From Lysobacter daejeonensis GH1-9 (GTDB lineage: Bacteria > Pseudomonadota > Gammaproteobacteria > Xanthomonadales > Xanthomonadaceae): a DNA stretch of 64,000 nucleotides. Every line of letters starts with the position of its first letter. The stretch's first letter is position 1. The stretch spans positions 3,080 to 67,079 of the forward strand of contig NZ_AVPU01000017.1 in NCBI RefSeq assembly GCF_000768355.1. The letters run 5' to 3'. The notes under the pieces were generated by a model. The model was not told where the DNA came from, searched no databases, and saw only the letters and a list, made by a program, of their open reading frames with translations. Both the position numbers and the translations under genes were made by a program. This document shows positions 1 through 8,043 of the stretch, in pieces.

Positions 1-550
1 CCACGTAGAAGTCAGCCAGGTCATGCAACTGTTGTTCGGCGCGGCGGCGGGCGAGGAACAGCGAGCGCTCGAAGCCGACCGCGTCGAAGCCGCCGGTGGG
101 GGTGACGTACACCTGTTCGATGCGCGGCATCGACGCGCGCGCCAGTGCACCGCAGGCCGACGGATCGACGGGCACCTCGCGCCAGCCGGCCACCGCCAGC
201 CGTTCGTCCTGCAGCAACGCGGCCAGTGTGTCGCGCGCGCGGGCCGCCTCGTCCGCGTCGTGCGGCAGGAACACCAGCCCCGAGGCGAAGTGGCCGCGCA
301 CCGCGATGCCGCTCTCCTCGGCCAGCCGGCGCAGGAACGCGGTGGGCTGGCGCAGCAGCAGACCGCAGCCGTCGCCGCTGAGGCCGTCGCGGGCCACGCC
401 GCCGCGGTGGGTCATGCGCACCAGTGCCTCGATGCCGCGTTCGACGATGGCGCGGCTGGGCGTGTCGTCCAGGTGGGCGATCAGGCCGAAACCGCACGCG
501 TCGTGCTCATCGCGCGGGTCGTACAGCGGCAGGGTGGCAGCAGCGGACAT
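1..550 (-). CDS. gltB: glutamate synthase large subunit, N-terminal fragment (continues beyond window start)
   Basis: Reverse translation from ATG at 550 gives MSAAATLPLYDPRDEHDACGFGLIAHLDD..., the canonical GltB N-terminus with the amidotransferase Cys in the CGFG motif. No stop before coordinate 1. Absent from the ORF track because it is truncated. Confidence 0.8.
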   Translation of the reverse strand, partial: MSAAATLPLYDPRDEHDACGFGLIAHLDDTPSRAIVERGIEALVRMTHRGGVARDGLSGDGCGLLLRQPTAFLRRLAEESGIAVRGHFASGLVFLPHDADEAARARDTLAALLQDERLAVAGWREVPVDPSACGALARASMPRIEQVYVTPTGGFDAVGFERSLFLARRRAEQQLHDLADFYV

Positions 551-803
551 GGCGGTTCCTTGGCGATGGGGCAGGGCACGGCCGCCCGTCGCGTCCGGGA
601 GCCCCGCGCGACAGACCAACGTGTCCGTGTATGACCCGAATAAAGCACATTTTGTGCAACGCGGCAAATACGTAAATAGTTGAAACTGAAATAGTTTCCT
701 ACGTAACAGCCGCCTGCTTTCCGAGTATCCCCGGCGGCGCTGGAACCTGCGCTCGACGTGGCCGCGCTAGACTGCGCGACTGCCCCGAGCCCGGCGAGTT
801 TCC

Positions 804-2072
804 GTGACCGAACCTGTAGCGCCGCGCGTGCGCAAGGCCGCGCTGATCTTCATCTTCATCACCGTGCTGATCGACGTGCTGTCGTTCGGCGTGATCATCC
901 CGGTGCTGCCGCACCTGATCGAACAGTTCGCCGGCGGCGACACCGCCAATGCGGCGTATTGGGTGGGCGTGTTCGGCACGGTGTTCGCCGCGGTGCAGTT
1001 CGTGTGCTCGCCGATCCAGGGCGCGCTGTCGGACCGCTTCGGCCGGCGCAAGGTGATCCTGCTGTCGTGCCTGGGCCTGGGCATCGATTTCATCTTCATG
1101 GCGCTGGCCAACACGCTGCCGTGGTTGCTGGTGGGCCGCATCATCTCCGGCATCACCTCGGCCAGCTTCAGCACCGCCAACGCCTACATCGCCGACGTCA
1201 CGCCGCCGGAGCAGCGCGCCAAGAGTTTCGGCCTGATCGGCGCGGCGTTCGGGCTGGGCTTCATCGTCGGTCCGCTGATCGGCGGCTGGCTGGGCGAGAT
1301 CAACCTGCGCTGGCCGTTCTGGTTCGCCGCGGCGTTGGCGCTGTGCAACTTCCTGTACGGTTGGTTCGTGCTGCCCGAATCGCTGCCGCCGGAAAAGCGC
1401 AGCGCCAGGTTCGACTGGTCGCACGCCAACCCGGTCGGCTCGCTGGCGCTGCTCAAGCGCTATCCGCAGGTGTTCGGGCTGGCGGCGGTGGTGTTCATCG
1501 CCAACCTGGCGCACTACGTGTACCCGAGCATCTTCGTCCTGTTTGCCGACTACCGCTTTGGCTGGGGCCCGCGCGACGTGGCGTGGGTGCTGGCGGTGGT
1601 GGGCGTGTGCAGCGTCATCGTGAATGGCGCGCTGGTCGGACGGGTGGTGAAGGCCATCGGCGAGCGCCGCGCGCTGCTGCTGGGGCTGTCGTGCGGGGTC
1701 ACCGGTTTCGTCCTGTACGGCCTGGCCAGCGAGGGCTGGATGTTCTGGTTGGGCATACCGGTGAGTGCGTTGTGGGCGCTGGCCGCGCCGTCGACGCAGG
1801 CGCTGATCACGCGCCAGGTGGGCGCGCAGGTGCAGGGCCGCATCCAGGGCGCGTTGATGAGCCTGGTGAGCCTGGCGGGGATCATCGGCCCGTCGCTGTT
1901 CGCGGGCAGCTTTGGTTACTTCATCGGCAAGAGCGCGCCGGTGCATCTGCCCAGCGCGCCGTGGTTCCTGGCCGCGGGGCTGCTGGCGTGCGCGGTCGCG
2001 ATTGCGTGGGTGTTCGCCAAGGTGCCGGCGGATGCAGCCGCCAAGGTCGCGCCGGAGACGCCCGCGGCCTGA
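804..2072 (+). CDS. MFS transporter (TCR/Tet-like drug:H+ antiporter family)
   Basis: 422 aa with ~12 predicted TM segments; motifs GxLSDRFGRRKV and GRIISGITSA are typical of the MFS drug-efflux family. GTG start. Confidence 0.8.
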   Translation: MTEPVAPRVRKAALIFIFITVLIDVLSFGVIIPVLPHLIEQFAGGDTANAAYWVGVFGTVFAAVQFVCSPIQGALSDRFGRRKVILLSCLGLGIDFIFMALANTLPWLLVGRIISGITSASFSTANAYIADVTPPEQRAKSFGLIGAAFGLGFIVGPLIGGWLGEINLRWPFWFAAALALCNFLYGWFVLPESLPPEKRSARFDWSHANPVGSLALLKRYPQVFGLAAVVFIANLAHYVYPSIFVLFADYRFGWGPRDVAWVLAVVGVCSVIVNGALVGRVVKAIGERRALLLGLSCGVTGFVLYGLASEGWMFWLGIPVSALWALAAPSTQALITRQVGAQVQGRIQGALMSLVSLAGIIGPSLFAGSFGYFIGKSAPVHLPSAPWFLAAGLLACAVAIAWVFAKVPADAAAKVAPETPAA

Positions 2073-2085
2073 GCCGCCGCGCGGC

Positions 2086-2526
2086 TTACTCGTCCTCGTC
2101 GTCCGGCAACGCTGCGGCCGGCATCGGCAGGATCGCCCAGAACGGGCGATCGTCCTCGGCCCAGCGGAACGCGGCCTCGTTGAGGATCTCCAGCAGCGTG
2201 TCGAAATCGTCGGGCGAGGCTTCGCGCAGGTCCGCCGCGTGTTCGATCAGCAGCAGGTAGCCCACCGCCGGCTGCCACGACAGGTCGCCCAGTACGTCGG
2301 CCAGCGCGTCCCAGGTGCCGCCGAACCAGGTTGGCAGGCGCATCGCCGCGGCCAGCCGCTCCATCAGCTCCACCTTGTCCGGGCAGCCGGCCAGGTCGAT
2401 GCGGTAGACGTGGTAGTCCAGCGCCTCGCCCGCGTCGGCCATGGCCTCGGCGTCGCCCGCGGCGACGAAATACGCGCCGCTCTGTGCCGGGTCGGCCAGC
2501 ACGTTGCGCAGGTCGGTGTCGTTCAT
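2086..2526 (-). CDS. barstar-like ribonuclease inhibitor (immunity protein)
   Basis: 146 aa acidic protein; the YRIDLAGC...LPTWFGGTWDAL pattern matches the barstar family. Overlaps the upstream RNase gene by 4 nt (ATGA). Confidence 0.7.
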   Translation of the reverse strand: MNDTDLRNVLADPAQSGAYFVAAGDAEAMADAGEALDYHVYRIDLAGCPDKVELMERLAAAMRLPTWFGGTWDALADVLGDLSWQPAVGYLLLIEHAADLREASPDDFDTLLEILNEAAFRWAEDDRPFWAILPMPAAALPDDEDE

Positions 2527-3023
2527 CGCGTCGCTCCGGTCAGTTCGAAGCGGCGGAAGCTACGGTAATGGTCATCGGTGTACCAGTACTCCGACGGCGG
2601 GTTGCCGCCGGTGATGATGCGACGCGCGCCGCGGTCGTCGGAGCCGGGCGTGTCGACCGTGAACTCGTGGTAGTAGCCGCGCGGTTGCGCGGGCAGGCGG
2701 CGTTCGCGGTTCTGGAACACGCCGCCGTCCTGGCGGTAGCGGTACGGGCCGCCGCGGGCGATCGCGTCCAGCACCGGGTGGGCTTCGGCGGGCAGGAACG
2801 CGGGATAGCCGGGTGCGGTGCCCGCGTCGCGCGGGGTGTCCGCGGCGGTGTCCGCGCCAGGGGCGGTGGGCGGCGTGGCGGGTGCCTCACCGGTAGCCGG
2901 CACCGCCGGCGCCTCTTGCGTGGCAGGCGTCGCCGGCACGGTATCGGGGTTGTCCACGCGCTTGGACCAGGCCCACAAACCCAACAGCACGACGGCAGCC
3001 AACAGCCAGTGGTGGTGACGCAT
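2523..3023 (-). CDS. secreted guanyl-specific ribonuclease, barnase/RNase Sa (N1/T1) family
   Basis: Signal peptide MRHHHWLLAAVVLLGLWAWS followed by a Pro/Thr-rich linker. The C-terminal GYYHEFTVDTPGSDDRGARRIITGG...YYTDDHYRSF matches the RNase Sa/binase catalytic core. ATG at 3021-3023 (reverse). Confidence 0.8.
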   Translation of the reverse strand: MRHHHWLLAAVVLLGLWAWSKRVDNPDTVPATPATQEAPAVPATGEAPATPPTAPGADTAADTPRDAGTAPGYPAFLPAEAHPVLDAIARGGPYRYRQDGGVFQNRERRLPAQPRGYYHEFTVDTPGSDDRGARRIITGGNPPSEYWYTDDHYRSFRRFELTGATR

Positions 3024-3146
3024 CGCCCTGCTCCCTGCAACGGTGTGGCTGCAGTCTAAACCCACGGCAACGGCGCGGGTGCGGCATTGACTGCAATCAA
3101 GCTGCCGTCGCACGCGGCGGTTACCGTTATCGCAGGAAGGAATGCC

Positions 3147-4352
3147 ATGCCCACGATGACCTCATCCCCTGCGCGTTGGCCGCAGGCGCGTCACTCGCAT
3201 CGCCTGTTGGCGGTGGCCGTGGCGTTTGCGCTGTCGATGACCGCGACGGCCGCCCCGCAGGTCGCGCCCCCCACCGTGCGCCCGGCGGAGAGTACGGTCG
3301 TACCCGCGCGTGCCGCTGTGGCGCCCGTGCCCACGCCGCTGACCGCCGCGTCGCCGTTGGCCGCGCCTGCACCGCCGCCGTTGGCGCTGAAACCCGGCGA
3401 ATACCTGTGGACGCCTGAACTGGCACCGCAGGGTCCGGTGGTGATCGTGATCAGCCTGCCGGAGCAGCAGGCCTACGTGTACCGCAACGGCGTGCGCATC
3501 GGCGTGTCCACGGTCAGCAGCGGCAAGAAGGGTTACGAGACGCCCACCGGCGTGTTCACCATCCTGCAGAAGCGCAAGGAGCACTACTCCAACCTGTATG
3601 ACGATGCGCCGATGCCCTACATGCAGCGGCTGACGTGGGATGGCGTGGCACTGCATGCCGGGCGCGTGCCCGGCTATCCGGCCTCGCACGGGTGCGTGCG
3701 CCTGCCGCTGGAATTCTCGAAGAAGCTGTTTGACGTCACCTCGCACGGCATGACCGTGGTGGTGGCCAACGCCGCGTCGCACGATCCGGATGTCGTGTCC
3801 CCGGGGCTGTTCGCGCCCGTGGACGCGTCGACCGGCCGGGCGCGCAGCCCGTCGAAAACGCTACCGAAGGGTCAGTTCAGCTGGACGCCCGAACGTGCGA
3901 CCGAAGGCCCGATCACCCTCGTGTTCAGCACCCACGACGAGGAAGTGGTGGTGATGCGCGAAGGCACCGAGATCGGCCGCGCCGCCGTCACCCTGACCGG
4001 CGAGCCGATGAGCGGCACGCACGCCTACGTGCTGCTCGACGGGCAGGGCACCGGTCCCAACACGCTGGTGCCGGGACGGCCGCCGCTGCGCTGGATGCAG
4101 GTGGAAGTGCCCGGCGCCACGCCTGACCTGCACCAGGACCTGCAGGCCGCGATCCGCGGTGAACGGCTGCTGGTGCCACCCGTGTTCAGCCAACTGGTGT
4201 ACGAAACGCTGTCGCCGGGCGCCACGATGGTGGTTACCGACGAGCCGTTGCAACCGCACGAAGCCAATGCCGGCCTGACCGTGATCCGTGCCCAGGACGA
4301 CGACAGCGACGAGGAAGAAACCCCTGTTCAACCTGACCCCGACGGTCAGTAA
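3147..4352 (+). CDS. L,D-transpeptidase (YkuD domain) protein
   Basis: YkuD catalytic motif ...HYSNLYDDAPMPYMQRLTWDGVALHAG...SHGCVRLP with an N-terminal signal peptide. RBS AGGAAGG upstream of ATG 3147. Confidence 0.8.
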   Translation: MPTMTSSPARWPQARHSHRLLAVAVAFALSMTATAAPQVAPPTVRPAESTVVPARAAVAPVPTPLTAASPLAAPAPPPLALKPGEYLWTPELAPQGPVVIVISLPEQQAYVYRNGVRIGVSTVSSGKKGYETPTGVFTILQKRKEHYSNLYDDAPMPYMQRLTWDGVALHAGRVPGYPASHGCVRLPLEFSKKLFDVTSHGMTVVVANAASHDPDVVSPGLFAPVDASTGRARSPSKTLPKGQFSWTPERATEGPITLVFSTHDEEVVVMREGTEIGRAAVTLTGEPMSGTHAYVLLDGQGTGPNTLVPGRPPLRWMQVEVPGATPDLHQDLQAAIRGERLLVPPVFSQLVYETLSPGATMVVTDEPLQPHEANAGLTVIRAQDDDSDEEETPVQPDPDGQ

Positions 4353-4392
4353 GCTGAACACCCTTGACGCGATCTTCATGTAACCTCGCCGC

Positions 4393-5232
4393 ATGACAAA
4401 AACCCCACTGGCCCTGCTCACGGCAGTGCTGGCAGCGGGATGTGTCGCGCCTTCGGCAAGGACGTCAAACGCCGCGGCCATTCCGCCCGTCGCACCGCCT
4501 CCGTCCTCGACCTCTGTGGTGGCCGCCGATCGTGGCGACCCGAACCCCGCTTCTTCCCCCCCGACCGCGCAGCCCACGCTGCTGCAGCGGCTGGTGAAGG
4601 CCGCGCCCAAGGCCGACCCGGAAGTGCTGGCGCTGGCACTGGAAGCGCGCACCTGCGCCGGCCGCACCGGCACCGGAGCCGACGCCACGCGCCTGGCGGT
4701 GATCGACTACTCCAAGCCGTCCACCGAGCGCCGCCTGTGGGTGTTCGACCTGCGCAACGCGAACTTGCTGTACGACGAGTACGTCGCGCACGGCCGCGGC
4801 AGCGGCGAGAACATGGCCACCCAGTTCTCCAACACCGACGGCAGCCACCAGACCAGCCTGGGCCTGTTCACCACCGCCGAGACCTACATGGGCGGCAACG
4901 GCTACTCGCTGCGCATGGACGGCCACGAGCCGGGCTGGAACGACAACGCGCGCAATCGCCTGATCGTCATGCACGGCGCGCCGTACGTGAATCCGCTGCA
5001 GGCCCGCGTGCAGGGTCGCCTCGGCCGCAGCTTCGGCTGCCCCGCGGTGCGCCCGGAAGTGGCCAAGCCGATGATCGACACGCTCAAGCAGGGCCAGCTG
5101 GTCTTCGCCTACGCGAAGAACGACAAGTGGCTCAAGGGCTCACGCTTCCTGGGGTGTAGCGGGGCCGCCGCCCTCGTGCGCGGCGGACGGCCCGACACCA
5201 CCTCGATGGTCAGCCGCACCGCAACCCTGTGA
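4393..5232 (+). CDS. L,D-transpeptidase catalytic-domain family lipoprotein (YafK/ErfK-like)
   Basis: Lipoprotein signal LLTAVLAAGC; motif LRMDGHEPGWNDNARNRLIVMHGAPYVNP...GRSFGCPAV, typical of the murein L,D-transpeptidase catalytic domain family. Confidence 0.75.
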   Translation: MTKTPLALLTAVLAAGCVAPSARTSNAAAIPPVAPPPSSTSVVAADRGDPNPASSPPTAQPTLLQRLVKAAPKADPEVLALALEARTCAGRTGTGADATRLAVIDYSKPSTERRLWVFDLRNANLLYDEYVAHGRGSGENMATQFSNTDGSHQTSLGLFTTAETYMGGNGYSLRMDGHEPGWNDNARNRLIVMHGAPYVNPLQARVQGRLGRSFGCPAVRPEVAKPMIDTLKQGQLVFAYAKNDKWLKGSRFLGCSGAAALVRGGRPDTTSMVSRTATL

Positions 5233-5533
5233 TCGCCTCGCGTTCGTTGACGTCGATGTTGAGGCGGTCGGCGCGGTATTCCATCGTCACCACCTGACCG
5301 GGGCGAAGCACCCGCGACACGGCCGCGCCGCTGTCGCGCGTGGCGCGGTCCACCACGTCCTGGGTGGGCGCACGGCCGATGGCCCAGCTGGCGGCCTGCG
5401 CATTGCACATGCCGGTGGGCGCGCCGTCCATCGGCGGCTCGGCGGGCATGGTGCTGCAGGCGACCATCGACGCCAGCAGCACGGCGAGCGGGATCAGGGG
5501 CAGGCGGGTGTCAGCGGTGCGGGGTGATGCCAT
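5210..5533 (-). CDS. peptidase inhibitor I78 family lipoprotein
   Basis: Hidden in the 3' part of the spurious 289-aa ORF. GGAG RBS 8 nt upstream of ATG at 5533; lipoprotein signal LAVLLASMVAC; the CNAQAASWAIGRAP...VLRPGQVVTMEYRADRLNIDVNE...ITGLRCG pattern matches the I78 inhibitor fold. Confidence 0.65.
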   Translation of the reverse strand: MASPRTADTRLPLIPLAVLLASMVACSTMPAEPPMDGAPTGMCNAQAASWAIGRAPTQDVVDRATRDSGAAVSRVLRPGQVVTMEYRADRLNIDVNEREAITGLRCG

Positions 5534-5666
5534 GGCGGAGACTCCGACGGGGCTTGGGGGCGACAATGCGGGTGCAACGGTGAGCGGCATGTAAAGGCCC
5601 GGCCGTCGCACCGGCTGCGACCGGCCACGCTGCCACCGCCCCGACCCCATCCCCGAGTGGAACCCA

Positions 5667-6287
5667 TTGCGCATGGACAAACCGAACGCCCCCTCGTGCG
5701 AGCGCAACCGCGACCCGATCCTGGCGGTACTGCAACCGCGCCTGGCGGCAGCGCGCCGGGTGCTGGAGATCGGCAGCGGCACCGGCCAGCACGCCGTGCA
5801 TTTCGCTGCGGCGATGCCATGGCTGCAGTGGCAGTGCAGCGACCGTGCGGAGAACCTGCCGGGCATCGCGATGTGGCTGGATGACGCGGCGCTGGCCAAC
5901 ACGCCGGCCGCGCTGCAACTCGACGTCGCCACCGGGCCGTGGCCCACGCCATCGTTCGACGCGGTGTTCAGCGCCAACACCCTGCACATCATGGGGTGGC
6001 CCGAGGTGCAGGCGTTCTTCGCCGGTGTGTCGCGCGTGCTGGCCGACGGCGGCCTGCTGGTGGTGTACGGGCCCTTCAACTACGGTGGCGAATACACCAG
6101 CGACAGCAACCGCGCCTTCGATGCGTGGCTGCTGGCGCGCGATCCGCGCTCGGCGATCCGCGATGCGGAAGCGGTGGACGCGCTCGCTGCAAGCGTCGGC
6201 CTGGTGCTGGAGGAAGACCTGGCCATGCCCGCCAACAACCGCTGCCGGGTGTGGCGCAAGACAGGGACGACGCCCACCCGCGGCTGA
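5667..6287 (+). CDS. DUF938-family class I SAM-dependent methyltransferase-like protein
   Basis: KPNAPSCERNRDPIL...VLEIGSGTGQHAVHFA...WQCSD matches the DUF938 N-terminal signature and a Rossmann SAM-binding motif. Confidence 0.75.
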   Translation: MRMDKPNAPSCERNRDPILAVLQPRLAAARRVLEIGSGTGQHAVHFAAAMPWLQWQCSDRAENLPGIAMWLDDAALANTPAALQLDVATGPWPTPSFDAVFSANTLHIMGWPEVQAFFAGVSRVLADGGLLVVYGPFNYGGEYTSDSNRAFDAWLLARDPRSAIRDAEAVDALAASVGLVLEEDLAMPANNRCRVWRKTGTTPTRG

Positions 6288-6377
6288 ATGGCGCGGTCGC
6301 GTCGTCAACCGCGTTGGCGCCGTGGCGTTAACCGGTACATGCCCGGCACGTCGCCGGCGTCTACCGAGGAACATCCC

Positions 6378-6893
6378 ATGAAGCGCACCCACCTGCTTGC
6401 CCTTGCCCTGACGGCCGTGACGGTGTCGGGCTTCGCCATCGCCCACGGTGGCGCCGATGGCCACGACGGCGCCCGTCCGCACCGCATGCACGGCGAGCGC
6501 CTGATGCAACTGGACACCGACAAGGACGGCCGCATCAGCAAGGCCGAGGCCGCCGCGCGCCCCGGCCTGGCCGAGCGCTTCACCGAGATGGACGCCAACA
6601 AGGATGGCTTCATCGACAAGGCCGACCGCCAGGCCCGCCACGCCGCGCGCCGCGAGGCGTTCTTCGCCAAGGCCGACGCCAACCGCGACGGCAAGCTGAC
6701 CCGCGCCGAACTCGAGGCCGCGCACGAAGCGCGCCGCGCCGAAATGGAGGCGCGCCGCAAGCAGCACGCCGATGCGCGCTTCGCGCAGATGGACACCAAC
6801 AAGGACGGCACCATCAGCCGCGAGGAAATGGCCAACGCGCCGATGATGGGCGGCAAGCGCGGCCACGGCCACCACGGCCGCATGGACGACTGA
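6378..6893 (+). CDS. EF-hand calcium-binding periplasmic protein
   Basis: Signal peptide MKRTHLLALALTAVTVSGFA; four DxDKDGxISxxE-type EF-hand loops (DTDKDGRISKAE, DANKDGFIDKAD, DANRDGKLTRAE, DTNKDGTISREE). GAGGA RBS before ATG 6378. Confidence 0.8.
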   Translation: MKRTHLLALALTAVTVSGFAIAHGGADGHDGARPHRMHGERLMQLDTDKDGRISKAEAAARPGLAERFTEMDANKDGFIDKADRQARHAARREAFFAKADANRDGKLTRAELEAAHEARRAEMEARRKQHADARFAQMDTNKDGTISREEMANAPMMGGKRGHGHHGRMDD

Positions 6894-6943
6894 CCTGCTG
6901 AGCAGGGCTGGCGCCGCGGGGCGCCAGCCGGCAAGGTGCAGCC

Positions 6944-7930
6944 ATGGGGCTGCTCCTGCTGACGGTGGGGATGCTGACGCTGGTGCTGGGCGCCGAGGCG
7001 CTGGTGCGCGGCGCAACGCGGCTGGCGCGCACGCTGGGCGTGCCGCCGCTGCTGCTGGGCCTGACCGTGGTGTCCATCGGCACCAGCGCCCCGGAACTCG
7101 CGGTGGGCCTGGCGGCGGTCGAGCGTGATGCCGGCGCGCTGGCGGTGGGCAACATCGCCGGCACCAACCTGGTCAACATCCTGCTGATCCTGGGCCTGAG
7201 CGCCTGGATCCGCGCGCTGCCCTTGCGGCTGCAGAGCCTGCGGCTGGACCTGCCGGCGATGATCCTGGCCACGGTGGCGATGTCGTGGCTGGCGCACGAC
7301 GGCCGCTTCTCCCGGGCCGACGGCCTGCTGCTGCTGGCCGGCAGTGCGGTGTACACCGTGTTGCTGGTGCGCGTCAGCGGCCGCGAAAGCGCCCTGGTGC
7401 GGCGCGAATTCCGCGACATGTACCCACCGGAAACCGCGACCGCGGCGACGCCGGCCATGCGCTCGCGCGGGCCCCGCTGGGCCGCCGACGCGCTGCTGTT
7501 GCTGGGCGGCATCGCCCTGGCCGTGCTGGGTGCGGGCTGGCTGGTGAGCGGCGCAGTGGCGCTGGCCCATGCGGCGGGCGTGGACGAGGCCATCATCGGC
7601 CTGTCGGTGGTGGCGTTGGGCACGTCCCTGCCGGAACTGGCCACCACCCTGGTGGCGACCCGCCGCGACGAACGCGACGTTGCCGTCGGCAACCTGATCG
7701 GCAGCAGCATCTACAACATCCTGCTGATCCTGGGCCTGACCTGCCTGGCCGCGCCCGACGGCCTGCCCGCGCCCGCTGCGGTGAGCCGCTTCGACCTGCC
7801 GCTGCTGGTGGCGGTGGCCCTGCTGTGCGTGCCGGTGTTTGCCAGTGGCCGACGGGTCAGCCGTGGCGAAGGCGCACTGCTGGTGGCGATCTACGCCGCG
7901 TACGTGGCATGGCTGTACCTGGCCCGCTGA
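6944..7930 (+). CDS. calcium/sodium antiporter (CaCA family, YrbG-like)
   Basis: Two alpha-repeat motifs (GTSAPELAVGLAA and GTSLPELATTLVA) and ~10 TM helices, diagnostic of Na+/Ca2+ exchanger family proteins. Confidence 0.85.
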   Translation: MGLLLLTVGMLTLVLGAEALVRGATRLARTLGVPPLLLGLTVVSIGTSAPELAVGLAAVERDAGALAVGNIAGTNLVNILLILGLSAWIRALPLRLQSLRLDLPAMILATVAMSWLAHDGRFSRADGLLLLAGSAVYTVLLVRVSGRESALVRREFRDMYPPETATAATPAMRSRGPRWAADALLLLGGIALAVLGAGWLVSGAVALAHAAGVDEAIIGLSVVALGTSLPELATTLVATRRDERDVAVGNLIGSSIYNILLILGLTCLAAPDGLPAPAAVSRFDLPLLVAVALLCVPVFASGRRVSRGEGALLVAIYAAYVAWLYLAR

Positions 7931-8043
7931 GCCCGTGACTTCGGTCCCGGTGACCAAAGGTGCTCGGCATGTGCGCCCATCCCGGGTAGGGTTGGCTACC
8001 CGCCGCGCATGACCGCGGCAGCGCCAACCATCAAGGAGGACTC

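Noticed and set aside
23-683. Forward ORFs at the window start (203 aa, 195 aa)
   Set aside because: The reverse strand encodes the unmistakable GltB N-terminus (CGFG amidotransferase motif). The forward frames are Arg/Ala-rich artefacts.
758-2260. 500-aa forward ORF overlapping the MFS transporter in another frame
   Set aside because: The MFS frame (804-2072) has TM helices and family motifs. The alternative frame is low-complexity.
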